Below, piece by piece: positions 25,906-36,757 of a stretch of DNA of 64,000 bases; the first letter of the stretch is position 1; each line of letters begins with the position of its first letter. A program made the translations under genes and the position numbers. The stretch covers positions 1,152,001-1,216,000 of the forward strand of contig OZ253545.1 of assembly GCA_965262615.1 (NCBI GenBank). Direction: 5' to 3'. Under the pieces are notes generated by a model. That model searched no databases and was not told the DNA's origin. It saw nothing but the letters and a program-made list of their open reading frames with translations. Source of the stretch: Alphaproteobacteria bacterium. Lineage in GTDB: Bacteria > Pseudomonadota > Alphaproteobacteria > GM7ARS4 > G965262615.

Positions 25906-26975
25906 AATTGTCTCCTCAGCATGGTGCGCGCCAATAATGCCAGTTTTGTCGCCGCTTTGAAATGAGACATCCGTTCTGAGGCACGGCTCATGGATGTCAT
26001 TGTCTGAGGTGATGTCATCAATTGATTCAAATGCCGATGCAGCTGCCGATCTGCTTGAGGCTGTTCATTCACCACGATGGCTGCACCGTGATGGGCAACG
26101 GCGCGCGCATTGTCATCTTGATGATGGTTCGCCGCATGGGGATACGGAATGAGGATGAGCGGCAGCCGCATGGCGGTTGCCTCGGCAATGGTGGATGCAC
26201 CCGCACGGGCAATCAACACATCACAGCGGCGATAGAAATCACTCATATCGTCAAAAAACGGACGCACATCGTGCGTCACCGCCAGTGATTCATAGTGCTG
26301 CCGCACCCGATTCTCATCCTCGCGCCGCGCTTGATGCAAAACGGTAATTGTCTCTTTGTGTGCCAGCTGTCCAATGGCGGACGGCACGATGTCGGATAGA
26401 GCGTGTGCTCCCTGTGAGCCCCCCAACACGCCAATAGTGAATGATGATGTGTCTTTTTTTGTGAATTCACGCGTCATTGCACGAATTGGGACACCCACAA
26501 GAGTTATTTTCTTTTTCCATCGCTTAATAACTGAATTTGGCTTGGTGTGGGCAAATGACAGAGCGATGGCGGATGCCAGCCGTGCGCCATAGCGATTGAC
26601 TCGTCCCAGCACGGCATTTTGTTCATGAATGATGAGGGGTAATGCCATCAGCCGTGCGGCAATCATGGCGGGAATGGCGGCATAGCTGCCGAAAGTCACC
26701 ACCAGATGCACATTTTTTTGCCGAAACAGCCGCATCACCCGCCAAAGCCACATCGGCATCAGCCACATCATGCGCAGAATTCGTCCTCGCACACCGTGCG
26801 GCATGGCAAGCACAAGGCTTCCATCAGGTGTGCCGTAACGCGCCCCTCTGACATCGGTGACAAAATGACTGGCAACATGCTGCTCACCCAAAGCGTCAGC
26901 AAAGGCAAGAGCGGGAAAGACATGCCCTCCCGTGCCGCCAGTGGCAATCGCAACACACCCGCGCACCATGTTCAT
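25902..26975 (-). CDS. murG: MurG glycosyltransferase
   Basis: GGTGGHVFPA, HEQN, GGSQGA and RAGASTIAE motifs. Confidence 0.95.
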   Translation of the reverse strand: MNMVRGCVAIATGGTGGHVFPALAFADALGEQHVASHFVTDVRGARYGTPDGSLVLAMPHGVRGRILRMMWLMPMWLWRVMRLFRQKNVHLVVTFGSYAAIPAMIAARLMALPLIIHEQNAVLGRVNRYGARLASAIALSFAHTKPNSVIKRWKKKITLVGVPIRAMTREFTKKDTSSFTIGVLGGSQGAHALSDIVPSAIGQLAHKETITVLHQARREDENRVRQHYESLAVTHDVRPFFDDMSDFYRRCDVLIARAGASTIAEATAMRLPLILIPYPHAANHHQDDNARAVAHHGAAIVVNEQPQADRQLHRHLNQLMTSPQTMTSMSRASERMSHFKAATKLALLARTMLRRQL

Positions 26976-28054
26976 GACACCTCCTTTTGCCGACTCAAAT
27001 TGAGCGATAGGGCAATGGTGAGCAATGCCCCCCACAACGCCGACCCGCCATAAGAGACAAATGGAAACGCAATGCCCGTGGGAGGCATCAGTTGCACATT
27101 GGTGGCAATATGAAAAAGACTGGATAACACAAGGCTCATCATCAGCCCCCACACCGCCAGACAAATCACCAACCGCTCATGATTGACCACCGCCAGCCAT
27201 TGCCGCAGTGCCATCATGAGAATTCCGCCCGCCATCACCAGAGCCGCCATGAATCCGTATTCTTCCACTGCGGTGGCGAAGACAAAATCATTGTAGAAAT
27301 AGGACAGGTCGTGCTTGAAGACCCCCTGCCCTGCTCCTTCGCCCCACCATCCGCTGCCGCTCATGGCATCGCGCGCGATGTCTGTTTGTTGCCGCCCCGC
27401 TTCACTTTCAGATAAAAATTGATGCACCCGCTTCACCACATGAGGAAGAAATGCATAAATGGCAATAAAAGCCACCACCAAAATAACAGCCAATGCCATC
27501 GCCATAGAAAGAGTGATGCCCATGACGAAGAGTTGTCCGAGCCACATCATGGTGATGACAATGCTCTGCCCCACATCTGGCTGTCCCAGCAACAAAAATA
27601 CAATGATTGCCAAAATGGCGGGCGGCAACAGAAAATCAATGCTATTGCCGCGCTCCCGCAGCCGCACAAACAGCCACGCCGACACAAGAGCAAAGGCGGG
27701 TTTCACCAATTCCACAGGCTGAACCGACAGCGACCCCAATGGCAACCATTTGCCAACAGGCAACCAGCGACTGGCTCCGTTGATGGAGTCTCCCACAAAC
27801 AATACGGCAACCAGCATGAGAATTCCCAAAACCAGCATCGCCACAGACCCCCTCAACAGAGCATCATGAGACAACAGACACACCCCGCAAACGAGGGCAA
27901 AACCCAGCAGCAGGAACATCCCCTGACGCATCAAGAGAGACGCGCCGTGCCCATCCACCGCGAACGCAGAGGTCATCATCATCAAGCCAAACAAACACAA
28001 CACCATGGCGATGCAGGTGGTTGTGTGATCCATTTGTTGCCATTTTTGCGTCAT
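26972..28054 (-). CDS. ftsW: SEDS peptidoglycan polymerase FtsW
   Basis: NGASRW, QPVELVK, QPDVG, DFVF and PFVSYGGS motifs. Confidence 0.94.
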   Translation of the reverse strand: MTQKWQQMDHTTTCIAMVLCLFGLMMMTSAFAVDGHGASLLMRQGMFLLLGFALVCGVCLLSHDALLRGSVAMLVLGILMLVAVLFVGDSINGASRWLPVGKWLPLGSLSVQPVELVKPAFALVSAWLFVRLRERGNSIDFLLPPAILAIIVFLLLGQPDVGQSIVITMMWLGQLFVMGITLSMAMALAVILVVAFIAIYAFLPHVVKRVHQFLSESEAGRQQTDIARDAMSGSGWWGEGAGQGVFKHDLSYFYNDFVFATAVEEYGFMAALVMAGGILMMALRQWLAVVNHERLVICLAVWGLMMSLVLSSLFHIATNVQLMPPTGIAFPFVSYGGSALWGALLTIALSLNLSRQKEVS

Positions 28055-29319
28055 GAGCACCTCGTCAATTGATGCACATCATGGCGAAATGCGTCACCGC
28101 GCTGAGCAAAGTCCTGCCATTCATCCTGTGATGCCGCCGCAGGAGACAGCAAAATGGTGGCGCGCATGTTCTCGCTGTGAGCCAAAGCGGCGCGCAGAGC
28201 ATCCCTTTGATTGTCATGGGTTTGATACGCCACAGCTTTTTCATCCAGCCATTGGCACAGTGATTCTTGATGGCGTCCCACCACATAGGCGCGCCGCACA
28301 CGATGCACATGAGGTGATAGAGGCTCAAAGGAAACATTTTTATGAAGACCGCCGCAAATCCAAAAAATATTGTGACATGATGCCAACGCCGCCGCCGCCG
28401 CATGAGGATTGGTGGCTTTGCTGTCATTGATAAAAACGCGTTCATCCGATGAGGCATCCAATGAAACAACCGTCTCCATTCGATGAGGCAAGCCTTTGAA
28501 GTTGCCAATGGCATCACTGATGACATCATCAGCGATGCCAAACCAGCGCGCCACCATGCGACACAATTCACGATAAGCATCATGATGACTGGTGGCATTC
28601 TCGCCAAAGCGTCTCACGGCTCGGTGATTGTCTTGAAGACTTTGAGCAATGGCATCACTGTGGAAATCTTCGCATCCCACAACGCAGAGATGATTGTCAT
28701 TCATGTGGTCAAAAATGCGAGATTTGATGGCGGCATAACGCGCCATTGAGCCATGCCGTTGCAGATGATCCTCGCTCACATTGAGGAGCACGGCGACATC
28801 CCAAGCGGTCTCGCCTTTGCTCTCCAACTGATAGGATGACAGTTCCACCAAATAACATCCTTCTGGCGGCAAATGTGGCATGGCAAGACAGCCACAAAAG
28901 CTGTTACCGCCCACCGCATGAGGAATGGCGGCGCGCGTAAAAATATCGGCAAGCAAGGCAACGACCGATGACTTGCCATCAGTTCCCGTGACCGCCACCC
29001 GCCGTGCCGCAGATTGTGCATAATGCAACAACGCCACATCCCGTAGCACCGGACACCGACGCTTCAATGCCTCTTTCACCATAGGATGCTGAGGGTCATG
29101 GTCAATGGCAATGCCCGCACTGACAATAATGCCATTCAAGGTGTCAAAATCAGACTCTTTGAGATGATTGGCATGGTGTGCCATGCGCGCCGCGTCATCA
29201 TCCCACACCCGTACGCCACACCCATGATGACGCAAACACGCCACCACCGCCGAACCGCTCTCACCGAGACCCAGAACGCCGTACGAAGATTGAGAATTGA
29301 GATTCAGTTTCATCATCAT
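28051..29319 (-). CDS. murD: MurD ligase
   Basis: GLGESG, VTGTDGKS, ELSSYQL, DHLQRH and NDSKATN motifs. Confidence 0.94.
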   Translation of the reverse strand: MMMKLNLNSQSSYGVLGLGESGSAVVACLRHHGCGVRVWDDDAARMAHHANHLKESDFDTLNGIIVSAGIAIDHDPQHPMVKEALKRRCPVLRDVALLHYAQSAARRVAVTGTDGKSSVVALLADIFTRAAIPHAVGGNSFCGCLAMPHLPPEGCYLVELSSYQLESKGETAWDVAVLLNVSEDHLQRHGSMARYAAIKSRIFDHMNDNHLCVVGCEDFHSDAIAQSLQDNHRAVRRFGENATSHHDAYRELCRMVARWFGIADDVISDAIGNFKGLPHRMETVVSLDASSDERVFINDSKATNPHAAAAALASCHNIFWICGGLHKNVSFEPLSPHVHRVRRAYVVGRHQESLCQWLDEKAVAYQTHDNQRDALRAALAHSENMRATILLSPAAASQDEWQDFAQRGDAFRHDVHQLTRCS

Positions 29320-30407
29320 CGCAGTTTCAGTGTGGCAAGGGCGAACAGGGACAGGACAGAGGCAATAATCCAAAAGCGAATGACGATGGTGGATTCTTGC
29401 CATCCGAGTTTTTCAAAGTGATGATGCAGCGGTGCCATCAAAAAAACCCGCCTGCCCGTGATTTTGAACACCAGAACTTGCACCATGACGGACAATGTCT
29501 CCACAAGAAACAATCCTCCAGCGATGGCAAGCACCAGTTCATGATGAGTCGCCACGGCGACAAATCCCAGCAAGCCGCCGATGGCAAGCGCGCCCATGTC
29601 TCCCATGAAGATTTGCGCGGGCGGGGCATTAAACCATAAAAATCCCAGCCCCGCTCCCAACATGGCGGCACACAAAACGGCGAGTTCACCGGTCTGTGGC
29701 ACATAGGGCAGATGCAAATACGAGGCAAAAACATGATTGCCCACAATCCACGCAATGACAAAAAAGCAAGAAAAGGCAATCATGGCAGGCACAACGGCAA
29801 GGCCATCCAGTCCATCGGTGAGATTCACCGCATTGGCGCACCCCACCACCACACACAGTGCCGTCAGAGGCAATCCCAGCGCGCCCCAGTGAATGGAGAG
29901 GTCTTTGAAAAAAGGAACAGACCACGACATGCCAATAGAGGCATCCGCATGGTGAGAAAGCCAAAACAATGCGCCCCATGCCAAAAGCCATTCCCATGTC
30001 AGACGGGTGCGTCCTCGCAAACCTTTGGAGCTGCGATGACGCAATTTGAGAACATCATCCCAGCCGCCAATCAAGGCAAATCCCACCATGATCACAAAGG
30101 ATGCCTGAATGTAGGGATTGAGAATATCCGCCCACAAAAATAAACTCACCGCCATGGAGAGCAAAATCAGAAATCCACCCATCGTGGGCGTTCCCTGCTT
30201 GGCTTGCAGATGAGTGACGGGGCCATCCATGCGAATGGGTTGCCCCGATTTTTGATGCTTGTGCAACAGGCGAATGATTCTGCCGCCCAACACCAAAGCC
30301 AGCAACAAGGATGTCATCACCGCACCAAAAGAGCGAAAGGTGATGTAGTTAAACAGATTAAACAGCGCAAAATGCTCAACCCACGGAGTCAGAAGATTAT
30401 ACAGCAT
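29316..30407 (-). CDS. mraY: Phospho-MurNAc-pentapeptide transferase
   Basis: GTPTMGG, NAVNLTDGLDGL, FMGD and MAPLHHHFE motifs. Confidence 0.97.
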   Translation of the reverse strand: MLYNLLTPWVEHFALFNLFNYITFRSFGAVMTSLLLALVLGGRIIRLLHKHQKSGQPIRMDGPVTHLQAKQGTPTMGGFLILLSMAVSLFLWADILNPYIQASFVIMVGFALIGGWDDVLKLRHRSSKGLRGRTRLTWEWLLAWGALFWLSHHADASIGMSWSVPFFKDLSIHWGALGLPLTALCVVVGCANAVNLTDGLDGLAVVPAMIAFSCFFVIAWIVGNHVFASYLHLPYVPQTGELAVLCAAMLGAGLGFLWFNAPPAQIFMGDMGALAIGGLLGFVAVATHHELVLAIAGGLFLVETLSVMVQVLVFKITGRRVFLMAPLHHHFEKLGWQESTIVIRFWIIASVLSLFALATLKLR

Positions 30408-31761
30408 AAGACTCTCCGTTGTGTTCGCGCAATTTTTGCACAAACGATGCCAGCCGCACCCCCGCCGATCCCTTCACCATGAGAACATCCCCATGCTGCA
30501 ATGAGGCAATAATATCAGATTGTGCCTGAGCGATGGAATGAGCGGCAATCCCTTGTTGACGAGATGGCAGCTGGTGATGCAGCTGCATCATGTGGTCGCC
30601 AATGGCATGCACCACATCAATGGATGTCAGATGAGCCACCAATTGATTGTGATACAGCGATGCCTGTGTGCCCAGTTCCAGCATATCACCCAAAAGAGCA
30701 ATGCGCCGTGCGTTGGTGCACGGATACGATGCCAATGATGCCAACGATGCCATCATGGAAGCGGGGTTGGCATTGTAGCTTTCATCCAACAGATGAATCA
30801 CCTTACCGTCAATGATGATGGTGTGTTCGCGTCCTCGTCCTTGCAGTGGCTGTTCTTTATTGAGAATACGCGCGGCGGCATCAAGGCTCATGCCGCACCG
30901 ATGGGCTGCCAGCATCACGGCGGCGGCGTTCAATTCATGATGCCGACCGCGCCACTGAAGATTGAGGGATACGCGCTGTCCTGCAAAACACAGATGATGG
31001 TCATCGGTCAGACGCATATCAGAATCGCCATGACAGCCAAAGGAGAGAACACGCGCCCCCACATCGGTGGCTTTGGCAGCAAGCAGGTCGTAGAATTCGG
31101 AGTCTCTGGGAAGAATGGCAATGGATTCGTTCGTCAATGCGTCAATGAGTTCGCCTTTGGCGTGAGCAATGGCTTGCAAGGAGGAAAAAAACTCCCGATG
31201 AGCAGGGGCAATGGCGGTGATGATGGCGATATGAGGCTGCACCCATTGTGCCAGTGTGGCGATTTCTCCCGCTTTGTTCATGCCCAACTCAAAGACGGCA
31301 AACGCATCATGAGGCGATAGATTGGCAAGAGAAAGCGACACTCCCAAATGATTGTTATGACTGGAGAGGCTGAATGTCGTTTTTCCCATGTCTTGAAGAA
31401 GTCGCGCCAGCATGGCTTTGCATGTGGTCTTGCCGACACTTCCCGTGATGGCAACAATGCGCGCCGAGCTGCGCGCTCGCGCCAATTGTGCCATGGCAAT
31501 GAGGGACTCGCGGCAATCATCAACACGCAAAAGCGGCAAATCATGAGGATGGCGAGATGGCGCGCGCTCCACCATGGCGGCGGCGGCGGACCCATCATGA
31601 GCTTGTCTCAGCAAATCATGACCATCCACATGATTTCCTTGCAGAGCGACAAAAAGCGACTGCGGCTTCATGGTGCGGGTGTCAATGGCGACATGAGATG
31701 CCTGCCACGCCGCGCTGCTTTGTCCTATGCTGGCGCACAATTGGTCATTCCACAGCGTCAT
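30397..31761 (-). CDS. murF: MurF ligase
   Basis: ITGSVGKTT, ELGMN, DESYNANP and LGDMLELG motifs. Confidence 0.95.
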   Translation of the reverse strand: MTLWNDQLCASIGQSSAAWQASHVAIDTRTMKPQSLFVALQGNHVDGHDLLRQAHDGSAAAAMVERAPSRHPHDLPLLRVDDCRESLIAMAQLARARSSARIVAITGSVGKTTCKAMLARLLQDMGKTTFSLSSHNNHLGVSLSLANLSPHDAFAVFELGMNKAGEIATLAQWVQPHIAIITAIAPAHREFFSSLQAIAHAKGELIDALTNESIAILPRDSEFYDLLAAKATDVGARVLSFGCHGDSDMRLTDDHHLCFAGQRVSLNLQWRGRHHELNAAAVMLAAHRCGMSLDAAARILNKEQPLQGRGREHTIIIDGKVIHLLDESYNANPASMMASLASLASYPCTNARRIALLGDMLELGTQASLYHNQLVAHLTSIDVVHAIGDHMMQLHHQLPSRQQGIAAHSIAQAQSDIIASLQHGDVLMVKGSAGVRLASFVQKLREHNGESYAV

Positions 31762-33209
31762 GATTCCTCTCGCTTTATAATGTGCCGCACCCATTCGGCA
31801 TCATCAAAGGGATGGTGTTCATCACCAATGATTTGTTCGCGCTCATGCCCTTTGCCGGCAATCAAAAGCACATCATCGGTTGCCATTTGGGCGATGGCAT
31901 GGTCAATGGCTTCGCTCCGTGAGCCAATGACCGTGACTTTGCTTGTGTCTTTAATGCCCGCCATGATGTCACGGCGAATGGCTTCGGGGTTTTCAAAGCG
32001 CGGGTTGTCATCGGTAATGGTGATGACATCGCTGTACTGCTCTGCCACCTGCCCCATGAGGGCGCGCTTGCCTTGGTCACGATTGCCGCCACAGCCAAAC
32101 ACAACATGCAAACGCCTCCTGCCAAAACGCAACTGCATCAATGCCTGACGCAAGGCATCAGGCGTGTGAGCATAATCAACATAGATGGAACTGTCGTCCA
32201 CTGCCTGCAGACGGCCGCGCACCGAGCGCACATGAGACAACACCGACACCAATTGGGAAAATTCAAAGCCACACGCCAGCAAAAGTCCCATGGCGGCACA
32301 AATATTGTGCCACTGAAAAGTGCCGTAAATAGGAAGACTCTGGCGATGACGATTGCCTTCATAACACACTGTGGCGGCAATGCCTTGTGCGTCTTGCTCA
32401 ATGTCCTCAAGACGCAGATGAGCGCGAGGTGACACGCCATACACAATGACGCGCCTCTTCTCTTGAGCCCACGCCGAGCCGTGTTCATCATCACCATTGA
32501 TGACGGCAATGGCATCGTGAGGCAGAATGTCGGAGAAAAGACGCTTCTTGGCAGCCACATAGTCGGCAAACGATGGGTGATAATCCAAATGGTCGCGCGT
32601 GATGTTGGTCAATGCGGCAGCCTTGATGGCAATGCCATCCAGCCGATACTGAGCCAACCCATGACTGGAGGCTTCCAGTGCCACATAATCAATCTTTTTC
32701 TGATGCAGCTGCTGCAACCGCTGAGCCAGAGTGATGGCATCGGGCGTGGTGAGATTTGATTGAATATCACAAGGCAGAGTCCCCAGCGTGCCAATGGAAG
32801 CGGCGGCTTTTTTCAACAAAGTGAGCAACTGCCGCACATATTCCACCACGGATGTTTTACCATTGGTTCCCGTCACCGCCATGATCCTGGAGGGATGCGG
32901 CGCATAAAAATGAGATGCGACACGCGCCGCCACAAGACGCGTGTTGTCATGGTGTAACATCGGCACGGATGTCACCGATGAGGAATTCTGCGTCACCACA
33001 GCACTTGCGCCGTGAGCAATGGCATCATCAATAAACTGCGCGCCATCATGATGCGTTCCTTTGATGGCAACGAACAGGTCTCCTCGCACCATGCGTCTGT
33101 GGTCTTGAGCAATGCCATGCACCATGACACCCTGCACGGACGCACTGGCGGAATGATGAGTCATGGCGGGCAGGCATTGCATGATGTCAGAAAGCCTCAT
33201 GGTGGGCAT
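31758..33209 (-). CDS. murE: MurE ligase
   Basis: VTGTNGKT, TTPD, EASSHG, DYAHTPD, DNPR and AGKGHE motifs. Confidence 0.96.
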   Translation of the reverse strand: MPTMRLSDIMQCLPAMTHHSASASVQGVMVHGIAQDHRRMVRGDLFVAIKGTHHDGAQFIDDAIAHGASAVVTQNSSSVTSVPMLHHDNTRLVAARVASHFYAPHPSRIMAVTGTNGKTSVVEYVRQLLTLLKKAAASIGTLGTLPCDIQSNLTTPDAITLAQRLQQLHQKKIDYVALEASSHGLAQYRLDGIAIKAAALTNITRDHLDYHPSFADYVAAKKRLFSDILPHDAIAVINGDDEHGSAWAQEKRRVIVYGVSPRAHLRLEDIEQDAQGIAATVCYEGNRHRQSLPIYGTFQWHNICAAMGLLLACGFEFSQLVSVLSHVRSVRGRLQAVDDSSIYVDYAHTPDALRQALMQLRFGRRRLHVVFGCGGNRDQGKRALMGQVAEQYSDVITITDDNPRFENPEAIRRDIMAGIKDTSKVTVIGSRSEAIDHAIAQMATDDVLLIAGKGHEREQIIGDEHHPFDDAEWVRHIIKREES

Positions 33210-34644
33210 GGTGCTTCTCCCTGAGATGATGAATGCGGCGCACCATGCGGGTGGCGATGGGAACGGCGACAGTGCCGCCACTCACTTCTTGTCGTTGCGA
33301 GCTGGGTTGCGGCTCATCCAATAGCACCATCAACACATAGCGGGGTGCATCAATGGGGAATGCGGCGACAAAAGATGTGAGAATTCGATTCTCGTCATAA
33401 CCGTTTGCAGTTGATTTGTGTGCCGTTCCTGTCTTGCCGCCGATGGCGATCTCATCAATGGCGGCGGCGCGCCCCGTGCCGTGCGTGACTGCCGTCCGCA
33501 TCAGGCGGCGCATTTGAGCCGACTGCTTTTGTGTGATGAGGCGAAAATGACTGTGATGCAAAGACTCATCGTGCAACAGTGTGGGAACATGGTAAAAACC
33601 ACCATTGACCATCGCCGCCACCGCCGCCGCCATATGAAGAGGGGTCACCGCCAAGCCGTAGCCATAGGCAATGGTTGCCACGCTCAATGGACTCCACCGA
33701 GACCCTGAAGGCTTGCGAGGCTTTGCCACGCCGTTCAATTCAATGGGCACTGGTGTCAGCATGGCAAAGCGATCCAATAGGGACTGCTGATGAGCCGCGC
33801 CCAATTGCAACGCCGCACGAGATGCCCCCGCATTAAGAGAATGAGCCACAATGGCGCGTAGTGAATGTCCGTGTGCATCGCCGGCAAACGGCACGAGCGA
33901 CGAAATCACACGCCCTCCGACTCGCAAATCGCCGATGCTAAAGCGACTGTTCTCATCACCGCCAGACTCCAGCACCATGGCAGCAACAAATAATTTAAAC
34001 ACCGACCCCATCTCATAAAGCCCGCGCGTGACCCGATTGAAATACGCTGCATGGGTCATCTCACCTCTGTTATGAGGGTCAAAATTCGGCAATGACACCA
34101 ACGCCCGCACATGCCCATTGTGTGCATCCAACACCACCGCCGCCGCCCCTTGAGCGTTCCAGTTAGCCATTCCTTTGCTCAGCTCCTCATGAACAATATA
34201 CTGCATGGCGCGATCCACCGTCAGACGCAGTGGCTCGTGAGGACTGCGCAACAACCGCCGATTGCGAGCATACTCAATGCCATCCAGACCCCGCATGGCT
34301 TGGTCGGTGCTGCCCACAACATGGGCAAAAAGCGATGATTGAGGATAGACACGGCGGCGCGTTCCGCCCTCATCAATCACATCCGCCGCCAGCAAGACAC
34401 CATGCCGATCCACAATGTTGGCGCGCTTCATAAAATGGACAGGCGGCGATGGCACAGACAATGATTTATTAGGCTCAGCCAGAGCCAGCCACGCCACATG
34501 ACTCAAAACACACCCATGCGCCAGCACCATCAATGCGCCGATGCCATACATGGACCGCCGCCGCGTGACAACCCCGCCCATGCGATGATTCATTCGCCAA
34601 TCAAGCAAAAAGTCATGCAACAAATGACGCAAACGGCGCATCAT
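33187..34644 (-). CDS. ftsI: PBP3 transpeptidase with shortened pedestal domain
   Basis: GSVFK (SxxK), HSLN (SxN) and GKTGT motifs; dcw position. Confidence 0.92.
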   Translation of the reverse strand: MMRRLRHLLHDFLLDWRMNHRMGGVVTRRRSMYGIGALMVLAHGCVLSHVAWLALAEPNKSLSVPSPPVHFMKRANIVDRHGVLLAADVIDEGGTRRRVYPQSSLFAHVVGSTDQAMRGLDGIEYARNRRLLRSPHEPLRLTVDRAMQYIVHEELSKGMANWNAQGAAAVVLDAHNGHVRALVSLPNFDPHNRGEMTHAAYFNRVTRGLYEMGSVFKLFVAAMVLESGGDENSRFSIGDLRVGGRVISSLVPFAGDAHGHSLRAIVAHSLNAGASRAALQLGAAHQQSLLDRFAMLTPVPIELNGVAKPRKPSGSRWSPLSVATIAYGYGLAVTPLHMAAAVAAMVNGGFYHVPTLLHDESLHHSHFRLITQKQSAQMRRLMRTAVTHGTGRAAAIDEIAIGGKTGTAHKSTANGYDENRILTSFVAAFPIDAPRYVLMVLLDEPQPSSQRQEVSGGTVAVPIATRMVRRIHHLREKHHAHHEAF

Positions 34645-34865
34645 GGCATCACCTCATGATTGTGCCACTGCTTCAATCGGGAGGGACTATTCAGACGACT
34701 CCACTCCACTCGCAATGATTGCAATTGTTTTTGCTCATCATGAATCTGTTGCCGCAGCTGACCCACTTGCCCCTGCAACAAGAGAACCGATCGCTCGGTG
34801 ACCGCCGCAAAAAGACTGCCGCCCAGCATGATTGTGCTCACCACAATTGCAACAATCACATTCAT
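34641..34865 (-). CDS. ftsL: Cell division protein FtsL
   Basis: TM plus coiled coil, LRVEWSRLNSPSRL; lies between rsmH and ftsI. Confidence 0.8.
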   Translation of the reverse strand: MNVIVAIVVSTIMLGGSLFAAVTERSVLLLQGQVGQLRQQIHDEQKQLQSLRVEWSRLNSPSRLKQWHNHEVMP

Positions 34866-35791
34866 AGCGGTTTTCCCAATCGTTCCGCCACTCGCAGGCG
34901 CGCTGAGCGCGCCCGAACATTGTTTTCGATTTCATCCGCACTGGGTGTCACCACATGACGGCTCACCATGCGATACAGTGGCGGTTTGTTTTTGGAACGA
35001 GGCTCACCGGGAAGCAGGCGTGAGAGCGTTCCTTGTCGGCGGGAGTATTTTTTGAAAAAATTCTTTGCCACCACATCCTCAGTGCCATGAAAGCCGATAT
35101 AGGCAACGCGCCCCCCCACTTTGAGCAGGTGAGTGACATCATGCAGCAAATCTTTGAGCTGTCGCACCTCATCATTGACATAGAGCCGCAACGCCAAAAA
35201 TGTGCGGGTGGCGGGATGATGCCCCACCCGTTTAGAACCACACAATTGTGCCAGTTGCAGTGTTGTCTCAATGGGGGCGGTGGCTCGTTTTTCCACAATG
35301 GCACGAGCGATTGCCTTGGCGCGCCGTTCGTGTCCGTAGTCACGCAGAATATCAGTGAGTTCCTGTTGAGAGGCATGATTCACAACATCATAAGCGGACG
35401 ATTCATTTTTTCCCATTTGCATGGAAAGAGGTCCATCTTGTTGAAAAGAAAATCCGCGCTGTGCCTCATCCAGTTGCATGGATGACACACCGCTATCGAT
35501 CACAATGCCATTGATTTTTGTGATGGTGTGCTCTTTCAGGGTGGCGGCAATATCGCTCCACAGTGCGTGATGCACATGCAACCGTTCCCCCCACTGTTTC
35601 TGCATCTCAGTGGCGATGGCGATGGCGGATTCGTCTCGGTCAAAGGCATGAACGGTGCAATGGGCAGCGTGCAAGATGGCAGAGGTGTGACCTCCCGCGC
35701 CGAAGGTGGCATCCACATAGACACCCCCCTCTTGAGGACGCAAGCCCTCAATCACCTCGCGCGTCATAACGGCTTGATGAAGATGTGTCAT
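34862..35791 (-). CDS. rsmH: 16S rRNA m4C1402 methyltransferase
   Basis: DATFGAGGH, GVSSMQLD, RGFSF, HPATRTF and RSARLR motifs. Confidence 0.96.
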   Translation of the reverse strand: MTHLHQAVMTREVIEGLRPQEGGVYVDATFGAGGHTSAILHAAHCTVHAFDRDESAIAIATEMQKQWGERLHVHHALWSDIAATLKEHTITKINGIVIDSGVSSMQLDEAQRGFSFQQDGPLSMQMGKNESSAYDVVNHASQQELTDILRDYGHERRAKAIARAIVEKRATAPIETTLQLAQLCGSKRVGHHPATRTFLALRLYVNDEVRQLKDLLHDVTHLLKVGGRVAYIGFHGTEDVVAKNFFKKYSRRQGTLSRLLPGEPRSKNKPPLYRMVSRHVVTPSADEIENNVRARSARLRVAERLGKPL

Positions 35792-36279
35792 GAGACTTGC
35801 TCCTTCACATTGGAACGCCGCAACCGCCGTTCAAAGTCTTCAAAGTTTTCATCGGAGACTTTTTGTTTTTGCATCCATGTCTCGTGATGACTGGCATTCC
35901 ATATTTCAAAGGTTTTCCCCTTGCCAATGATCAATGCTTCGTCTTGCAGCTGCGCCGCTTTACGCAAGGATGCCGGCAGGGTGATGCGTCCGTTGCCGTC
36001 CAAAGAGAGAACGGTAAATAAACTGAGAAAATTATTAAAGGCAATTTCGTCTTCTGTTGTGCTGTGAGGGCTATGATAGGCAGTTTCGGCGAGCTCGTCC
36101 AGCACCAATTGAGGATAAACAGCAATATAAGGGCAGTCACTTTCCTTATTGCTGAGAAGCAATTGCACATCAATGTCGTTGTCACCGTCACTGTTTAGAA
36201 TTTTGCGGTAGCGAGACGGAATTGATAAGCGATTTTTGCCATCAATACTGTTGATCACCTGTCCGACAAAAACAGACAT
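35788..36279 (-). CDS. mraZ: Transcriptional regulator MraZ
   Basis: IDGKNRLSIP, LDGNGRITLP and FEIW motifs. Confidence 0.92.
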   Translation of the reverse strand: MSVFVGQVINSIDGKNRLSIPSRYRKILNSDGDNDIDVQLLLSNKESDCPYIAVYPQLVLDELAETAYHSPHSTTEDEIAFNNFLSLFTVLSLDGNGRITLPASLRKAAQLQDEALIIGKGKTFEIWNASHHETWMQKQKVSDENFEDFERRLRRSNVKEQVS

Positions 36280-36280
36280 T

Positions 36281-36328
36281 CTATGGATTTATCCCCTTTT
36301 TATGGGATTGTCAACCACTTTATGGGAA
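36281..36328 (-). promoter_or_regulatory. Candidate mraZ promoter with TGGGA-type repeats (possible MraZ operator)
   Basis: TTGACA on the minus strand at 36314-36309; tatgg(g)a repeats about every 20 nt. Confidence 0.45.
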
Positions 36329-36361
36329 TAAACACCACCCTCTTGAACGCCCTTATGCCAC

Positions 36362-36386
36362 AAAACCTCGCCCGCAGGCGAGGTTT
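36362..36386 (-). terminator. Intrinsic terminator after rsfS
   Basis: Perfect 10-bp stem aaacctcgcc-cgca-ggcgaggttt with a short U run on the minus strand. Confidence 0.75.
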
Positions 36387-36415
36387 CAGACGATATGACG
36401 ATGTAATCGTTGTCT

Positions 36416-36757
36416 TTATTCCACTTCCTGCAATGGCGCGCTCCATAATTTATCCAGTTTGTAGAAGTCTCTCACCTCAGGGCGAAACAAATGAATGATG
36501 GTATCGCCGCCATCAATCAACACCCAGTCCCCTTGCGGCAAGCCCTCAGTGGCGACAATCAATTGATGCTGCTTCTTGAAAAAATGACTCACCTTATCCG
36601 CCATAGAGGCAATGTGACGCACCGATGATCCCGAAGCAATAATCATGGTATCGGCAAGAGAAGATCGCGCGCCCAAAGGAATGGTGACGATATCCTGAGC
36701 CTTGGCATCATTCAGTAAGGCGCACAATTGCCGACACAAATTCTCGTGCTGATTCAT
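36416..36757 (-). CDS. rsfS: Ribosome silencing factor
   Basis: KAQDI, IASGSS.RH, WVLIDGGD and RDFYKLDKLW motifs. Confidence 0.93.
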   Translation of the reverse strand: MNQHENLCRQLCALLNDAKAQDIVTIPLGARSSLADTMIIASGSSVRHIASMADKVSHFFKKQHQLIVATEGLPQGDWVLIDGGDTIIHLFRPEVRDFYKLDKLWSAPLQEVE

